From Patescibacteria group bacterium (GTDB taxonomy: Bacteria > Patescibacteriota > Patescibacteriia > Buchananbacterales > UBA6539): a DNA stretch of 64,000 nt. The notes beneath the pieces were generated by a model that made no database searches, was not told the origin of the DNA, and was given only the letters and a program-made list of their open reading frames with translations. A program made the position numbers and the translations under genes. The DNA is taken from assembly GCA_041649675.1 (NCBI GenBank), contig JBAZMQ010000006.1:7003-71002 (forward strand). The letters are read 5' to 3'. This document shows positions 39,569 to 51,590 of this stretch, piece after piece; within the stretch, counting starts at the first letter, position 1, and the number at the start of each line of letters is the position of its first letter.

Positions 39569-41848
39569 TTATTCTTGATATTCATCGTCTGAATCGGATT
39601 CTTCGCTATCTAAATCATCTTGGGATTCAAAATCGGATTCTTCACTAGCAATTGAGGCGCGGCTAATCAATACTTCTCTTGGCTTAGCTCCGTCACCAGG
39701 GCCAATTATTCCTTGCTGCTCCAATAAATCCAAAATTCTTGCCGCCCGAGCATAGCCAACGCGCAACCGCCGCTGGAGCAAAGACGCTGAAGCTTTTTTG
39801 GCTTGCAAGATTACTTCCTTAGCTTCATTTAACAATGGATCGCCGTCTTCGCTGTCTAAGGAAGTAACTCCAGGCATACTTAAAGCCTGCTTTTCAACTA
39901 CTTCTTCTAAATAATCGGGTTCAGCCTGTTCTTTTAAATACTCGGCCACTTTTTTAATTTCATTATCAGAGGCAAAGGCGCCTTGCAGCCGTTTGGGCTT
40001 AGAAATATCGGCCGAAACATAAAGCATGTCACCACGGCCAAGTAATTTTTCCGCACCAGACATGTCCAAAATTGTTCTTGAATCAACCAGCGACGCAACA
40101 GAAAAAGCAATCCGTGAAGTGATATTAGCTTTAATCAAACCAGTAATTACATCAACTGACGGCCGTTGAGTGGCCAAGACCAAATGGATACCAACCGCCC
40201 GAGACATTTGAGCCAAGCGAACAATGGCTGCTTCCACTTCAGCGCCAGCGGCGGCCATTAAATCGGCAAGCTCATCAATAATGATAACAATATATGGCAT
40301 TTTATCCGGCATGACAGCATTAAAACTACCAATATTACGATGATGGGCTTGGGATAAAATATCAAACCTTTTTTCCATTTCGGTAATTGCCCATCGTAAA
40401 GCATTAACGGTTTTTTTGACATCGGTAATAACCGGAGTTAACAAATGAGGAATGCCGTTGTAAATGGGCAATTCAACCCGCTTAGGATCAACCATAATGA
40501 ATTTCAAATCGCCCGGACCGTTTTGGTATAGTAAGCTGACAATGACTGTATTAATACAAACACTTTTACCAGAGTTGGTGGCACCGGCAATAAGCAAATG
40601 GGGCATTCTGTCCAGCTCAGCTAGCCAAGGCCGACCCATAACGTCTTTGCCCAAAGCCACAGCTAAATTTGACTTGCGGGCTTTGAATTGGTCGCTGTTT
40701 AAAATATCGGCCAACGGGACAATTGAAGTTGATTGGTTAGGCACTTCAATTCCCACCAATGACCGGCCGGGAATTGGCGCTTCAATTCTAATTGGATGAG
40801 CGGCTAAGGCTAAAGCTAAATTATCACTTAAAGCCGTAATCCTTGATAGTTTAACTCCTTCAGCCGGCTTGAAAGTGTATTGAGTCACAGTCGGCCCAAC
40901 TTGGGCATCGCTCATTTCTGCCGGAATACCAAAATTTTCTAAAGTTTTTTGAATAATTAATTTGTTAGCTTTAATATCACCACCTTTAGGCGCAGTTGTC
41001 TTACCGTCCAACAAGCTTAAAGGCAAATCAATTTTCTTGGCTTTAAATTTAGTAACACCTAAATCTAGTTGTTTAGCTTCCTTGGTGTCCTCACTTACTT
41101 CATCATCAGATTCAGTAGAATCATCTTGATCAGTTCCGGCTTGTTCAACCTCCACGCGCTGGCGGGAAAAATTAGGCTCTGGCGGCTCAATTATTATTTC
41201 TTCAGTTGCCGTTCGGTCACGCTTGGCTTGAATCTTTTTAATTTTACGCTGTGATTTAATTTCACCCAACCGTTCAAACCAAGATTTAACTTGCCCTTGA
41301 TTTTCTGGCAACTGCTGCATCCAATTTAAAATTGAACTTTCAAAAAGCAACAGTAAACCAATAATTGCCAAAGCTAATAAGACAATGGCTGATGCCCAAA
41401 ACCCCATGATTTTTAAAAACGGATAAGCCAAAACTAGGCCTAAATAGCCACCACCCAGTCCTGATTGGGCCGCTGGCAATAAATCAGTTTGGTGAAAAAT
41501 TACATGAATTAAACCGTTAAAACTTAAAATAAAAATAACTACCCCTAAAAAATTAGATAGCTTGAACCCATGTTTTGCCCGGCGCAGTAAAAAATAACCA
41601 ATAACCAAAAAAACTATTGGCACATACCAACGATTAATACCAAAACCTAGCTGCAAAAAATTATTTAAGTAAACACCCAAAGTTCCAGCCAAATTGATTA
41701 AACTCAAAAACGTCAAAATACCGCAAGTTAGCAAAAAAATGATGATTATAACACGCTTAGTTTCGGGTGACAATTCAAACTTCGGACCGGAAAAATTCAG
41801 GTCGCGAATGCTCTCAAATTTATTGAATCTTTTTTTACGTCTAGCCAT
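39569..41848 (-). CDS. ftsK: DNA translocase FtsK/SpoIIIE
   Basis: N-terminal TM helices. Walker A GATNSGKS. C-terminal gamma winged helix. Acidic tail. Confidence 0.9.
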   Translation of the reverse strand: MARRKKRFNKFESIRDLNFSGPKFELSPETKRVIIIIFLLTCGILTFLSLINLAGTLGVYLNNFLQLGFGINRWYVPIVFLVIGYFLLRRAKHGFKLSNFLGVVIFILSFNGLIHVIFHQTDLLPAAQSGLGGGYLGLVLAYPFLKIMGFWASAIVLLALAIIGLLLLFESSILNWMQQLPENQGQVKSWFERLGEIKSQRKIKKIQAKRDRTATEEIIIEPPEPNFSRQRVEVEQAGTDQDDSTESDDEVSEDTKEAKQLDLGVTKFKAKKIDLPLSLLDGKTTAPKGGDIKANKLIIQKTLENFGIPAEMSDAQVGPTVTQYTFKPAEGVKLSRITALSDNLALALAAHPIRIEAPIPGRSLVGIEVPNQSTSIVPLADILNSDQFKARKSNLAVALGKDVMGRPWLAELDRMPHLLIAGATNSGKSVCINTVIVSLLYQNGPGDLKFIMVDPKRVELPIYNGIPHLLTPVITDVKKTVNALRWAITEMEKRFDILSQAHHRNIGSFNAVMPDKMPYIVIIIDELADLMAAAGAEVEAAIVRLAQMSRAVGIHLVLATQRPSVDVITGLIKANITSRIAFSVASLVDSRTILDMSGAEKLLGRGDMLYVSADISKPKRLQGAFASDNEIKKVAEYLKEQAEPDYLEEVVEKQALSMPGVTSLDSEDGDPLLNEAKEVILQAKKASASLLQRRLRVGYARAARILDLLEQQGIIGPGDGAKPREVLISRASIASEESDFESQDDLDSEESDSDDEYQE

Positions 41849-41914
41849 ATATAACTATTATATTTTAACATAAAATTATAACTGCGTAAACCCTAAAACT
41901 ATAAATTCAGACGC

Positions 41915-42000
41915 CCTTCCCTTTAACCTCTCCCCCAGCTTTTTACTGCTAATTCTCCCCCCTCTCCTTTAAAAGGAGAGGGGGTCGGGAGAGAGGTTAA
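41915..42000. repeat. GC-rich palindrome cluster (CCCTCTCC family), locus B, nested hairpins
   Basis: Inner CCCCTCTCC-TTTAAAA-GGAGAGGGG (perfect 9-bp stem). Outer AACCTCTCCC ... GGGAGAGAGGTT. Confidence 0.75.
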
Positions 42001-42359
42001 AAAGCCTTAAAATTTTTTTCAATACTCTGCAATACATCATCTATCTGACTTAGAATCTCTGGGTTAGTAAATCTTAAAAACTTAATCCCTAGTTGCTCAA
42101 CTTCCGTCTGCCTGGCTTTATCATAGGCCACAATTTTACTGTTTAGATGATAATTGCCATCTACCTCAATTGCCAGTTTTAATTTCGGACAATAAAAATC
42201 CAAAACATACTTATTAACGCTAAATTGCCTTTTGAATTTATAACCCTTCAACTTACGACTTCTTAAATAATACCAAAGGATATTTTCAGCCACTGTCGAA
42301 TTCTTTCTCAGAATTCTTCTTTTTTCCATTTCCGAGGTCTTATTAAAAATTAAAGTCAT
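41997..42359 (-). CDS. DUF559 (Vsr-like endonuclease fold) domain protein
   Basis: LDFYCPKLKLAIEVDGNYH core. Confidence 0.8.
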   Translation of the reverse strand: MTLIFNKTSEMEKRRILRKNSTVAENILWYYLRSRKLKGYKFKRQFSVNKYVLDFYCPKLKLAIEVDGNYHLNSKIVAYDKARQTEVEQLGIKFLRFTNPEILSQIDDVLQSIEKNFKAF

Positions 42360-42436
42360 AAAATTTTAAATAAAAGCGCCCACTAAGGGTGGGCGCTATG
42401 TTGATTAGTTTATTTTTAAGGAGTGCCTAAGCTACT

Positions 42437-45400
42437 CTATTCCTGAAAGCCAGTGCCGGCTGGAATCAAGCGACCAATAATGACATTTTCCTTCAAGCCG
42501 CGCAGATAATCAATCCGGCCTTCAACAGCGGCATTGATCAAAACTCTGGAAGTTTCCTGGAAAGAGGCAGCTGAAAGGAAGCTGGAAGTTGATAGAGAGA
42601 CTTTGGAAATTCCCAAAAGCAATTCTTCAAATTCAGCCGGTAGATTGCCGGCCTTTACGGCTTTGTCATTAAAATCTAGCAGCTCGTCGCGTTCAATTTT
42701 TTGGCTAGCTAATAATTCAGTGTTACCGGTAGTTTTAATCAAAACGCGAGAAAACATTTGCTTAACGATTAATTCAATATGGCGATTGTCTAGCTTCTGA
42801 CCTTGAGAAGAATAAATCAATTGAATTTCATCAACAACATAACGCTGAGTTTCTTGTTTGCCACGCAAAGTATACAATTGCCGCAAATCCAAGCTACCAT
42901 TGGTCAAAGCCGTACCTTTAGTCACTAATTCACCATCTTTAACTAGCAAATGAAATTCCGGAGGAATCTGGTAAATTTGCGCTTTTTGCTCTTTGACCAT
43001 AACCACTAACTTTTCTTTTTCAACCTTGACTACTCCCGATCTGAGAGCGACTACTTCCTCGCCATTTTTATCAAGGAAAAGTAAATCACCTTTTTTGACT
43101 TTTTGGTTATCCTTAACTTCAGTTTTCAATTTTGATTTATCTTTTTTATCAGCCGAACCTAAAGGATAAATATCTTGATCCAAATCTTCATGTAAAATTT
43201 TAACAACATTGAAACGACCAGACTTAGCCCCTTCGCGTTTTGATTCTTCCATTTTTATCAAGCCATCAACTTCAGCGACAAAGGCCCGATGTTTTGGCGG
43301 CCGCGCTTCAAAAACTTCTTCAACTCTTGGCAAACCTTGGGTAATATCCAAACCAGCCACACCACCAGTATGAAAAGTTCTCATTGTCAGCTGAGTGCCC
43401 GGTTCACCAATACTTTGAGCAGCAATTATACCAACGGCTGTTCCCATTGCCACTGGTTTGTTATGAGCTAAATCCCAACCATAGCATTTTTGGCAAACAC
43501 CACGGCGAGTTTTGCAATTCATAACTGAACGAATATGAATTTGGGGTAAATCTAATTCTCTGAGTAAAGCTAATTTTTCAGAATTGATCAATTCACCAAC
43601 GTCAATAATGGTTTTTTTGGTTTTAGGATCAACAATTTTTTCTAAAACATATCTACCCTTAACTCGTTCAACTAAATTTAAGCCCATGGCTTCGCTGGCT
43701 TTTTTGGTCATAACAATCCCTTCGGTATCGCCACAATCAATTTCATTAATTACCATATCTTGAGAAACGTCAACCAACCGACGGGTTAAATAACCAGCAT
43801 TGGCAGTTCTTAAGGCAGTATCGGATAAACCCTTTCTAGCACCATGAGTAGAAATAAAGTATTCCAAAACGTCAAAGCCTTCTTTAAAATTACCTTTAAC
43901 CGGCAATTCAATAATGTCGCCAGCCGGATTGGTCACCAATCCTTTCATACCAATAATCTGAATCAACTGACTCCAACTACCTCTGGCACCGGATTCAACC
44001 ATGGTAAAAATCGTACCGTGAGGATCCAAAGTATTTTGACTCATCTTTACAATTTTATCTTTAACTCCCATCCAAATTTCAATAATCTTGGTATGGCGTT
44101 CACTATCGGTTAACAAACCGGAGTTAAATTGATTTTCTACTTCTTCAACTTCCTGTTCACCTTCCAAAATAATTTCTTTTTTATTTTCAATTTTTGGGAC
44201 ATCATCCATACCCCAAGAATAACCGGATTGGGTCAGGTATTTAAAGCCCAAGTTTTTAATTTCATCCAAAAGTTTAGCCACATCAGCTTCATCATACTTT
44301 TCCAAAAATTCAGAGACTAACTGGCGTAAACTTTTACTATCAACAACTTTATTTTGGAAGGGATAATCGTCAGGCAGAACTTGGTTAAATATAATCCGGC
44401 CAACGGAAGTTTCGTAAATTTTATCTTTAATCCCAGCGACTTTCAATTTCTTTTCCAACCAACTATCAGCCCGGACTTTAATTGTTTGTTGAATTTTAAC
44501 TTTCTTTAGGTTATAAGCCAAAATTGCTTCCTGGCAATCAGCAAAAATTTTAACTTTATCGTTCTTGTCATTTTCAATTAAAGTTAAATAATGACAGCCC
44601 CAAACCATATCTTTGGTCGGACGGGCAACCGGGTCGCCGGTGGCCGGTTTTAAGATATTGCGAGAAGCAATCATTAAATTAGCTGCTTCCCATTTGGCAT
44701 TTTCGGTCAAGGGAACGTGAACAGCCATTTGATCACCGTCAAAGTCAGCGTTGAAAGCTTCGCAAACCATTGGATGAATTTGGATAGCCTTACCTTCAAT
44801 TAAAACCGGCTTGAAAGCTTGAATGCCTAAACGGTGCAAAGTTGGTGCCCGGTTTAACAAAACATGGGCATCTTTAACAATCTCTTCCAAAATATCCCAA
44901 ACTTCATTGCGGCCGCTTTCAATAAAACGGTTTGCGCTTCTGACGTTATGAACATATTCACGCTTAATTAACTGACTGATGACAAAAGGTTTAAATAATT
45001 CTAAAGCCATGCGCTTGGGTAAACCGCACTGATCAATTCTCAATTTCGGACCAACCACAATGACGCTGCGGCCGGAATAGTCAATTCTTTTACCTAATAA
45101 ATTTTGGCGGAAACGCCCTTGTTTACCTTTTAAAATATCGGCTAAAGATTTAAGCATCCGTTTTTGGCCGGTTGAAGCCACAACTGTTTTGCCATGGCGG
45201 GCACTGTTGTCAATCAAAGCATCAACGGCTTCCTGCAACATTCTCTTTTCATTTCGAGTAATAACTTCCGGCGCGTTTAAATCTTTAAGTTGCTTTAACC
45301 GATTATTTCGATTAATAATTCGCCGATATAAATCATTCAAATCGGAAGTGGCAAACCGACCGCCGTCCAAAGGTACCATTGGTCTTAAATCTGGCGGGAT

Positions 45401-46354
45401 TACCGGTACCACAGTTAAAATCATCCATTCCGGACGGATTTTAGTTTTTTGAAAATTCTTGACCAACTTTAACCGCTTAATAAGTTTCTCTCTTTGCGGC
45501 GGAGTATTATTGTTATTAAGTTCTTGCTCTAGTTCAACAGCGACTTTGTCCAAATCAATTTTTTCCAAAAGACTTCTGATCGCTTCGGCACCGATATCAG
45601 CATCAAAAATATGACCATACTTCAAAGACAAATCGTGATAAACATGTTCGGAAATTATTCTCAATGGTTTTAATTCTTTAAGCTCTTGCTCGGCCAAACG
45701 TAGAATTTGTTCCAACTCTTTGGTTTTTTCTGTTTTTAAATTTTCCAAAGTCAAAGATTCTTTGGCAATCAAGGCATCAATCTCTTCTGGCTTAACATCT
45801 TTTTTGCCTTGGCCAACTCGGCTCTTGATTAAATTAAGCTGGTTATTAAAATCATTTTCAATTTTTTTCTTTTTGGCTTTAAACTCCTGTTTAATTTGTT
45901 CCAAGGTTTCTCGTTTTAAATCTTCATCAACCCGGGTAATGATAAAATCGGCAAAATAAATAACTTTTTCTAAAGCCATTGGTGACAAATCCAAAATCAA
46001 ACCAATCTTGGAAGGTACACCGCGCAAAAACCAGATATGGGAAGCCGGCGAAGCCAAATCAATATGGCCCATGCGTTCCCGCCGAACAATTGAGCGGGTA
46101 ACTTCAACACCGCATTTATCGCAAACTATACCTTTGTAACGGATTTTTTTGTATTTACCACAGTAACATTCCCAATCTTTTGAGGGACCAAAAATTCTTT
46201 CGCAAAACAAACCATCCTTCTCGGGTTTTTGCGTCCGATAATTAATTGTTTCCGGCTTAATCACCTCGCCATGGGACCACTCATGAATTATATCTGGTGA
46301 GGCTAAAGTCAGCTTTAGGGCGTCAAAATCGATTATACTTTTTTCTTCAACCAT
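42437..46354 (-). CDS. rpoC: DNA-directed RNA polymerase subunit beta'
   Basis: NADFDGDQM catalytic motif. Zn-binding Cys clusters. 1305 aa. Confidence 0.95.
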   Translation of the reverse strand: MVEEKSIIDFDALKLTLASPDIIHEWSHGEVIKPETINYRTQKPEKDGLFCERIFGPSKDWECYCGKYKKIRYKGIVCDKCGVEVTRSIVRRERMGHIDLASPASHIWFLRGVPSKIGLILDLSPMALEKVIYFADFIITRVDEDLKRETLEQIKQEFKAKKKKIENDFNNQLNLIKSRVGQGKKDVKPEEIDALIAKESLTLENLKTEKTKELEQILRLAEQELKELKPLRIISEHVYHDLSLKYGHIFDADIGAEAIRSLLEKIDLDKVAVELEQELNNNNTPPQREKLIKRLKLVKNFQKTKIRPEWMILTVVPVIPPDLRPMVPLDGGRFATSDLNDLYRRIINRNNRLKQLKDLNAPEVITRNEKRMLQEAVDALIDNSARHGKTVVASTGQKRMLKSLADILKGKQGRFRQNLLGKRIDYSGRSVIVVGPKLRIDQCGLPKRMALELFKPFVISQLIKREYVHNVRSANRFIESGRNEVWDILEEIVKDAHVLLNRAPTLHRLGIQAFKPVLIEGKAIQIHPMVCEAFNADFDGDQMAVHVPLTENAKWEAANLMIASRNILKPATGDPVARPTKDMVWGCHYLTLIENDKNDKVKIFADCQEAILAYNLKKVKIQQTIKVRADSWLEKKLKVAGIKDKIYETSVGRIIFNQVLPDDYPFQNKVVDSKSLRQLVSEFLEKYDEADVAKLLDEIKNLGFKYLTQSGYSWGMDDVPKIENKKEIILEGEQEVEEVENQFNSGLLTDSERHTKIIEIWMGVKDKIVKMSQNTLDPHGTIFTMVESGARGSWSQLIQIIGMKGLVTNPAGDIIELPVKGNFKEGFDVLEYFISTHGARKGLSDTALRTANAGYLTRRLVDVSQDMVINEIDCGDTEGIVMTKKASEAMGLNLVERVKGRYVLEKIVDPKTKKTIIDVGELINSEKLALLRELDLPQIHIRSVMNCKTRRGVCQKCYGWDLAHNKPVAMGTAVGIIAAQSIGEPGTQLTMRTFHTGGVAGLDITQGLPRVEEVFEARPPKHRAFVAEVDGLIKMEESKREGAKSGRFNVVKILHEDLDQDIYPLGSADKKDKSKLKTEVKDNQKVKKGDLLFLDKNGEEVVALRSGVVKVEKEKLVVMVKEQKAQIYQIPPEFHLLVKDGELVTKGTALTNGSLDLRQLYTLRGKQETQRYVVDEIQLIYSSQGQKLDNRHIELIVKQMFSRVLIKTTGNTELLASQKIERDELLDFNDKAVKAGNLPAEFEELLLGISKVSLSTSSFLSAASFQETSRVLINAAVEGRIDYLRGLKENVIIGRLIPAGTGFQE

Positions 46355-46394
46355 ATTATTAAATTGAAATTAAAGGTGGATTAGATTTAGTAAT

Positions 46395-49300
46395 TTATTG
46401 TCCTGTTACTTCTTTTTCTTCTTTAACAACATTTTTTTCAACTGGTTTGTTACCTGACATCAATTCAATGTTTAGGCATAAACCATTTAATTCGCGAAGT
46501 AATACGTTAAATGACTCGGGAATATTTAACTTTTTAATTGGTTCACCTTTAATAATTGATTCGTAAGCTTTTGAACGGCCGGAAACGTCATCGGATTTAA
46601 TAGTCAAAATTTCTTGCAGAGTATGAGCCGCACCATAGGCTTCAAGCGCCCAGACTTCCATTTCACCAAACCGCTGACCGCCGAATTGGGCTTTACCGCC
46701 TAATGGCTGCTGAGTGATTAAGGAGTATGGACCGATTGACCGCTGATGAATTTTATCTTCAACCATATGGTTTAATTTCATCATATAGATTTGGCCAACT
46801 GTTATCCGCTGTTCAAACTGCTCACCGCTGCGGCCATCATAAACATTCATTTTTCCATCAGCACTGTAGCCAGCTCTGACTAATTCGGATTTGATCGTTT
46901 CTTCGGATACACCATCCAAAACCGGACTCATTACTTTATAACCGAGTTTAGCCGCGGCTAAGCCTAAATGAGTTTCCAAAATTTGACCAAGGTTCATACG
47001 AGAAACAACGCCCAATGGACTTAAAATTATATCAACCGGCATACCATCGCTTAAAAATGGCATATCTTCAACCGGTAAAACAATTGAAACCACACCTTTG
47101 TTTCCGTGCCGGCCAGCCATTTTATCACCAACTTGAATTTTTCTTAAATTAGCAATTGACACCTGATACATTTTAATTACGCCGGAAGGCAATTTATCAC
47201 CATTTTCCCGGCTAAATATTTTGACATCAACAACTTTACCTTTCTCACCATGTTCCAGGTACAAAGAACTGTCACGGACGTCTCTGGCTTTTTCACCAAA
47301 GATGGCCCGCAGCAATTTTTCTTCGGCTGAAAGTTCAGTTTCACCTTTAGGCGTAATTTTACCAACTAAAATATCACCCGAAGAAACAGAAGCCCCAATT
47401 CGGACCACGCCTTCGGAATCTAAATCTTTTAATTTTTCTTCACCAATATTAGGAATATCGGAAGTGACAATTTCTGGCCCTAATTTGGTATCACGAACTT
47501 CAACTTGGAAGTCCTCTATATAGATAGAAGTAAAAGCATCTTTTTGGACTAATCTTTCGGATAAAATAATAGCATCTTCGTAGTTATAACCTTCCCAAGG
47601 CATAAAAGCCACCAAAATGTTTTGGCCCAAGGCCAATTCACCTTTATCGCTAGCTGGGCCATCGGCTAAAACATCACCCTTTTTAATCACTTCACCCTTA
47701 TCAACTACTGGCCGTTGGTTAATACAAGTTGAGGCATTGGAACGGACAAATTTATTTAAACGATAACTTTTAACCTCGCCATTTTTATCTAAAACATCAA
47801 TTCGGTCGGATTGAACTTCTGATATTTTTCCATCAGTTTTGGAAACGATGACGTGGCCGGAATCTTGAGCTGATTTGGCTTCCAAGCCGGTACCGACAAT
47901 CGGCGAGCTTGGTTTAATAACTGGTACGGCTTGGCGCTGCATGTTTGAGCCCATTAAAGCACGAACCGCGTCGTCATGCTCCAAAAATGGAATTAAAGAA
48001 GTGGCCACCGAAACGATTTGGTTAGGCGCTACATCCATATAATCAATGAAATTAACGTGTTCAATTTCCGGTTCCCCATATTTTCTTACTTCAGCTCTTT
48101 CCACCATAAAATAGCCTTTCTCGTCAATTGGCGTGGTGGCAGCAGTCGTAATGGAATTTTCGCTTTGGAAAGCAGTCAAATAAACAACCTGTTCGGTTAC
48201 TCTTGGTTTAACCGGTATTTTTTTAAGTTCAGCAATTTTTTCTAAATCTTTGGCCAGTTTGGCAGAAATAGTTTCACCCGCTTTAGCAATGATTGAATTA
48301 TTGCCTGGATTTAAAATATCAACTCGGGCAATTTCACCTTCAGTTTCAGCGGCCAAGTTGGCAATATCGTGTTTTACTTTTCTGAAAGGCGTTTCAATAA
48401 AACCATATTCATTAATTCTGGCATAGCAAGCCAAATGACCGACTAAGCCAATGTTTGGACCTTCAGGCGTGGCAATTGGACAGATCCGGCCGTAGTGAGT
48501 CGGATGTACATCACGAACATCAAAGCCAGCCCGTTCGCGAGAAAGACCGCCTGGACCCATGGCTGATAAACGGCGCTTATGCTCAAGTTCGGCTAACGGA
48601 TTGGTTTGATCCATAAACTGCGACAGCTGAGAAGACATGAAAAATTCTTTAACTGAACCAATGACTGGCCGCGCATTGATTAAACGGTTAGGCGTGATTT
48701 CAGCAATATCCAAAGTACTCATGCGATCTTTGGCAATTCTTTCCATCCGAGCCAAGCCAATCCGGAATTTATTTTGAACTAATTCACCAATGGCTCTGAC
48801 CCGCCGATTACCCAAATGATCAATATCATCAGGATCTTTTTGCGTAATATTCAAACGAATAATTTCTGAGACCACTTCCGCTAAATCCTGAACCAACAAA
48901 ACCCGATTTTCTTTGGTGATTGGCAAATCGTGGTTAAAGCGCTGATTAATTTTATAACGGCCAACTTTACCAAAATCATAACGTTCAAAATTGAAAAACA
49001 TGGCATAGATTAAAGACTTGGCATTATCAGCCGTGGCTAAATCACCGGGCCGAATTCTTTTGTAAACTTCAATTAAGCCATCAGCTTCGTTGGTGGAAAC
49101 ATCTTTGGCTAAAGTATTTTTGATATAAGAAATTTCTGGATGAGTATCAACGTCTTTAAAAATTTCTAAAATTTCATCGTCGGTTGGATAACCAAAAATT
49201 CTAAACAAAGAAGTAACCGCAATTTTTCTTTTCCGGTCAATTTTTACCCAAATTACGTTATTAATATCGGTTTCTAATTCCAACCAAGAACCACGGTTAG

Positions 49301-49772
49301 GAATGATTTTAGCACCATAATAGCGCTTCTCGCCGTAAACTTCAGAGGTAAAGAAAATCCCAGCTGATCTAATTAACTGGGAAACAACAACTCTTTCAAT
49401 GCCATTGATAATAAAAGTTCCCCTTTCGGTCATCAAAGGAAAATCACCGAGATAAACTTCTTGTTCGAGTTTTTTATTCAATTTTCGGTTAACCAATTTG
49501 GCTGTGACGCGCAAAGGCGCTTCATAACTTAAATTTTTAATTCGGCTGGTGACTTCATCAAATTTTGGTTCATCAAGATAATATTTACCAAAATATAATT
49601 CAAAATCACGACCGATAAAATCTTTAATTGGTGATACTTCTTCAAATAATTCTTGCAAACCGTGCTGCAAAAACCAGTTGTAAGAGTCTTTCTGGGCTTC
49701 AATCAGATCCGGTATAGGTACTGCTTCTTTAAGAATGGTAAAAACTTGTCGGTTTGGATTTTTTGAAGCCAT
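46395..49772 (-). CDS. rpoB: DNA-directed RNA polymerase subunit beta
   Basis: 1125 aa. Rif-region and catalytic motifs. Immediately upstream of rpoC. Confidence 0.95.
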   Translation of the reverse strand: MASKNPNRQVFTILKEAVPIPDLIEAQKDSYNWFLQHGLQELFEEVSPIKDFIGRDFELYFGKYYLDEPKFDEVTSRIKNLSYEAPLRVTAKLVNRKLNKKLEQEVYLGDFPLMTERGTFIINGIERVVVSQLIRSAGIFFTSEVYGEKRYYGAKIIPNRGSWLELETDINNVIWVKIDRKRKIAVTSLFRIFGYPTDDEILEIFKDVDTHPEISYIKNTLAKDVSTNEADGLIEVYKRIRPGDLATADNAKSLIYAMFFNFERYDFGKVGRYKINQRFNHDLPITKENRVLLVQDLAEVVSEIIRLNITQKDPDDIDHLGNRRVRAIGELVQNKFRIGLARMERIAKDRMSTLDIAEITPNRLINARPVIGSVKEFFMSSQLSQFMDQTNPLAELEHKRRLSAMGPGGLSRERAGFDVRDVHPTHYGRICPIATPEGPNIGLVGHLACYARINEYGFIETPFRKVKHDIANLAAETEGEIARVDILNPGNNSIIAKAGETISAKLAKDLEKIAELKKIPVKPRVTEQVVYLTAFQSENSITTAATTPIDEKGYFMVERAEVRKYGEPEIEHVNFIDYMDVAPNQIVSVATSLIPFLEHDDAVRALMGSNMQRQAVPVIKPSSPIVGTGLEAKSAQDSGHVIVSKTDGKISEVQSDRIDVLDKNGEVKSYRLNKFVRSNASTCINQRPVVDKGEVIKKGDVLADGPASDKGELALGQNILVAFMPWEGYNYEDAIILSERLVQKDAFTSIYIEDFQVEVRDTKLGPEIVTSDIPNIGEEKLKDLDSEGVVRIGASVSSGDILVGKITPKGETELSAEEKLLRAIFGEKARDVRDSSLYLEHGEKGKVVDVKIFSRENGDKLPSGVIKMYQVSIANLRKIQVGDKMAGRHGNKGVVSIVLPVEDMPFLSDGMPVDIILSPLGVVSRMNLGQILETHLGLAAAKLGYKVMSPVLDGVSEETIKSELVRAGYSADGKMNVYDGRSGEQFEQRITVGQIYMMKLNHMVEDKIHQRSIGPYSLITQQPLGGKAQFGGQRFGEMEVWALEAYGAAHTLQEILTIKSDDVSGRSKAYESIIKGEPIKKLNIPESFNVLLRELNGLCLNIELMSGNKPVEKNVVKEEKEVTGQ

Positions 49773-50196
49773 AAGTATGTATTAATCTAAGATTAGTAAA
49801 TATTTTATAATTATAGATAGACAACAAAAATGTCTCCCAGCCTTCATTCTCAGGATGCGAGTTTAACGATTTCTTTAATTAAGTTTTAGAAAAAAAGAAG
49901 CCCACTACCTATTTTTTTAAAAATGAAACGTGAATAAGACACTGTTTTACAATAGCGGGAAGCTAAAAAATCAATGTTGATTGAATTGATTTAACCTAGC
50001 TATATTAGCAAATTATTAAAACTTTGTCAATGTTTTTATGTCCCAGATTAACTCTTAAGACAAAAGGTGCTAATCTAAGCCAAAAAATGGATTAAACCTA
50101 AACAGTTATCCACAATTTATCAAGAATTTGGCTTAGATGATTTTTTAAATAAAAACCTGCCAAATTCAAGTTGACCTTAAATCAAATTGCTCAGAT

Positions 50197-51516
50197 TTAT
50201 TTTTTTAGATTCTTTAATTCTTCTCTAACCACCTGCCGGTCATCCCAAGGAATTAATTTACCATCTTTGACCGCCATAACCGGTTCGCAACCTTTGCCGG
50301 AAACCAAAACCAAATCGCCCGCTTGAGCCAAGCTCAAAGCTTTACTTATTCCTTGGCGCCGGTCCAAAATACTAAATAAATTTTTATTATTAACTTTTCC
50401 GGCTTTTATTGCGCCGGCGGCTACCTGATCAATAATTCGCTGCGGATCTTCATCGTAAGGATCTTCATTGGTAACAATTACATAATCGGCTAATTTAGCA
50501 GCAAGCTCACCTAAAACCGGCCGCCGCCAGCAATCCCGGCCGCCGCCGCAAGAACCTAAAACATGAATAACTTTTTTATGATCAATTAATTTTACCATTT
50601 CATATAAAGCTAAAACAGCTTTGGGCTCGTAAGCATAATCAACAATGATTTTAAACGGCTGACCAGCTTCAATAAATTCAATTCGGCCTGGCACGCCTTG
50701 AATAGCTGATAAAATTTCAGACATTTTAGACAAACTCAAGCCTTGGGATAAACCAAGAGTAACAGTTGCCAGGGTATTATAAATATTATGACGGCCAAAA
50801 AGTTTTAGATTAAACGGCTGACCAGCAACTGTAAATTCAACACCCGATCCGGAGATTACTTCGTTTTCGGCTCGCACTACCCGGCCTTGATCGCTGGACT
50901 GTTGGGTCAGAGTAAAACCAAATTTGTCTTGGGCCCAATTAGCCAAAAAATCTTTAGCGTGTTCATCATCCAAATTAGCAATAATGGTTTTTTTAATTTT
51001 TTGGTTTGCCAAAATTTTTATCGTCTCTTCTTTGAGTTTAGCAAAAAGTTTTAGTTTCGCTTTTTTGTAATTTTCAAAATTGCCATGAGCTTCAATATGC
51101 TCAGGGTATAAATTAGTAAAAATTAAAATATCATAATTAATCCCTAAATGCCGGAATTGCTCAATCCCCTGAGAACTGGTTTCAATAATTGCATACTGAC
51201 AATTTGCTTTAGTCATCTGTTTAATCAACTTCTGCAAAGCAAAGCGACCAATCATAGTCATCTTTTTGTCGTTTAACCATTCTTTTTTATCAACTTTAAA
51301 GAGAAAAGTTGAGGCCGCGCCAACCCTAAAACCGGCATTTTGTAGCATTTTGGCAATTAAATAAACTACCGTTGATTTACCCGAAGTGCCGGTAACCCCA
51401 ATGACAATTAACTTGTCCGATGGACTGCCGTAAAAAAAATTAGCCGCTATGGCGAGGGAATAGTGGTAGAGTTTTAATAATGGTTGAGGAATAAATTGTT
51501 TTAAGCGGTTTAACAT
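50197..51516 (-). CDS. Mur ligase family protein (MurE-like)
   Basis: GVTGTSGKST P-loop. Mur ligase middle and C-terminal domains. Confidence 0.7.
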   Translation of the reverse strand: MLNRLKQFIPQPLLKLYHYSLAIAANFFYGSPSDKLIVIGVTGTSGKSTVVYLIAKMLQNAGFRVGAASTFLFKVDKKEWLNDKKMTMIGRFALQKLIKQMTKANCQYAIIETSSQGIEQFRHLGINYDILIFTNLYPEHIEAHGNFENYKKAKLKLFAKLKEETIKILANQKIKKTIIANLDDEHAKDFLANWAQDKFGFTLTQQSSDQGRVVRAENEVISGSGVEFTVAGQPFNLKLFGRHNIYNTLATVTLGLSQGLSLSKMSEILSAIQGVPGRIEFIEAGQPFKIIVDYAYEPKAVLALYEMVKLIDHKKVIHVLGSCGGGRDCWRRPVLGELAAKLADYVIVTNEDPYDEDPQRIIDQVAAGAIKAGKVNNKNLFSILDRRQGISKALSLAQAGDLVLVSGKGCEPVMAVKDGKLIPWDDRQVVREELKNLKK

Positions 51517-51590
51517 TGATGAATTATGAATTATGAATTATGAATCGGGAGAGTTGCCATAATTCCTGATTCATAATTCCTAATTCTAGA
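51517..51590. repeat. AT-rich inverted repeat (GAATTAT x3.5 ... ATTCATAATTCCTAATTC)
   Basis: Left arm GAATTATGAATTATGAATTATGAATC is complementary to right arm GATTCATAATTCCTAATTC. Confidence 0.65.

Noticed and set aside
42534-48245. Multiple short ORFs inside rpoC and rpoB on the opposite strand
   Set aside because: Embedded antisense to highly conserved, long essential genes. Frame artefacts.
49830-49852. CATTCTCAGGATG as a sixth MITE copy
   Set aside because: It matches only one arm loosely and has no partner inverted repeat. A possible degenerate remnant at best.
50106-50114. Perfect DnaA box TTATCCACA as a replication origin
   Set aside because: A single isolated box. No dnaA/dnaN nearby and no cluster of boxes or AT-rich DUE pattern confirmed.
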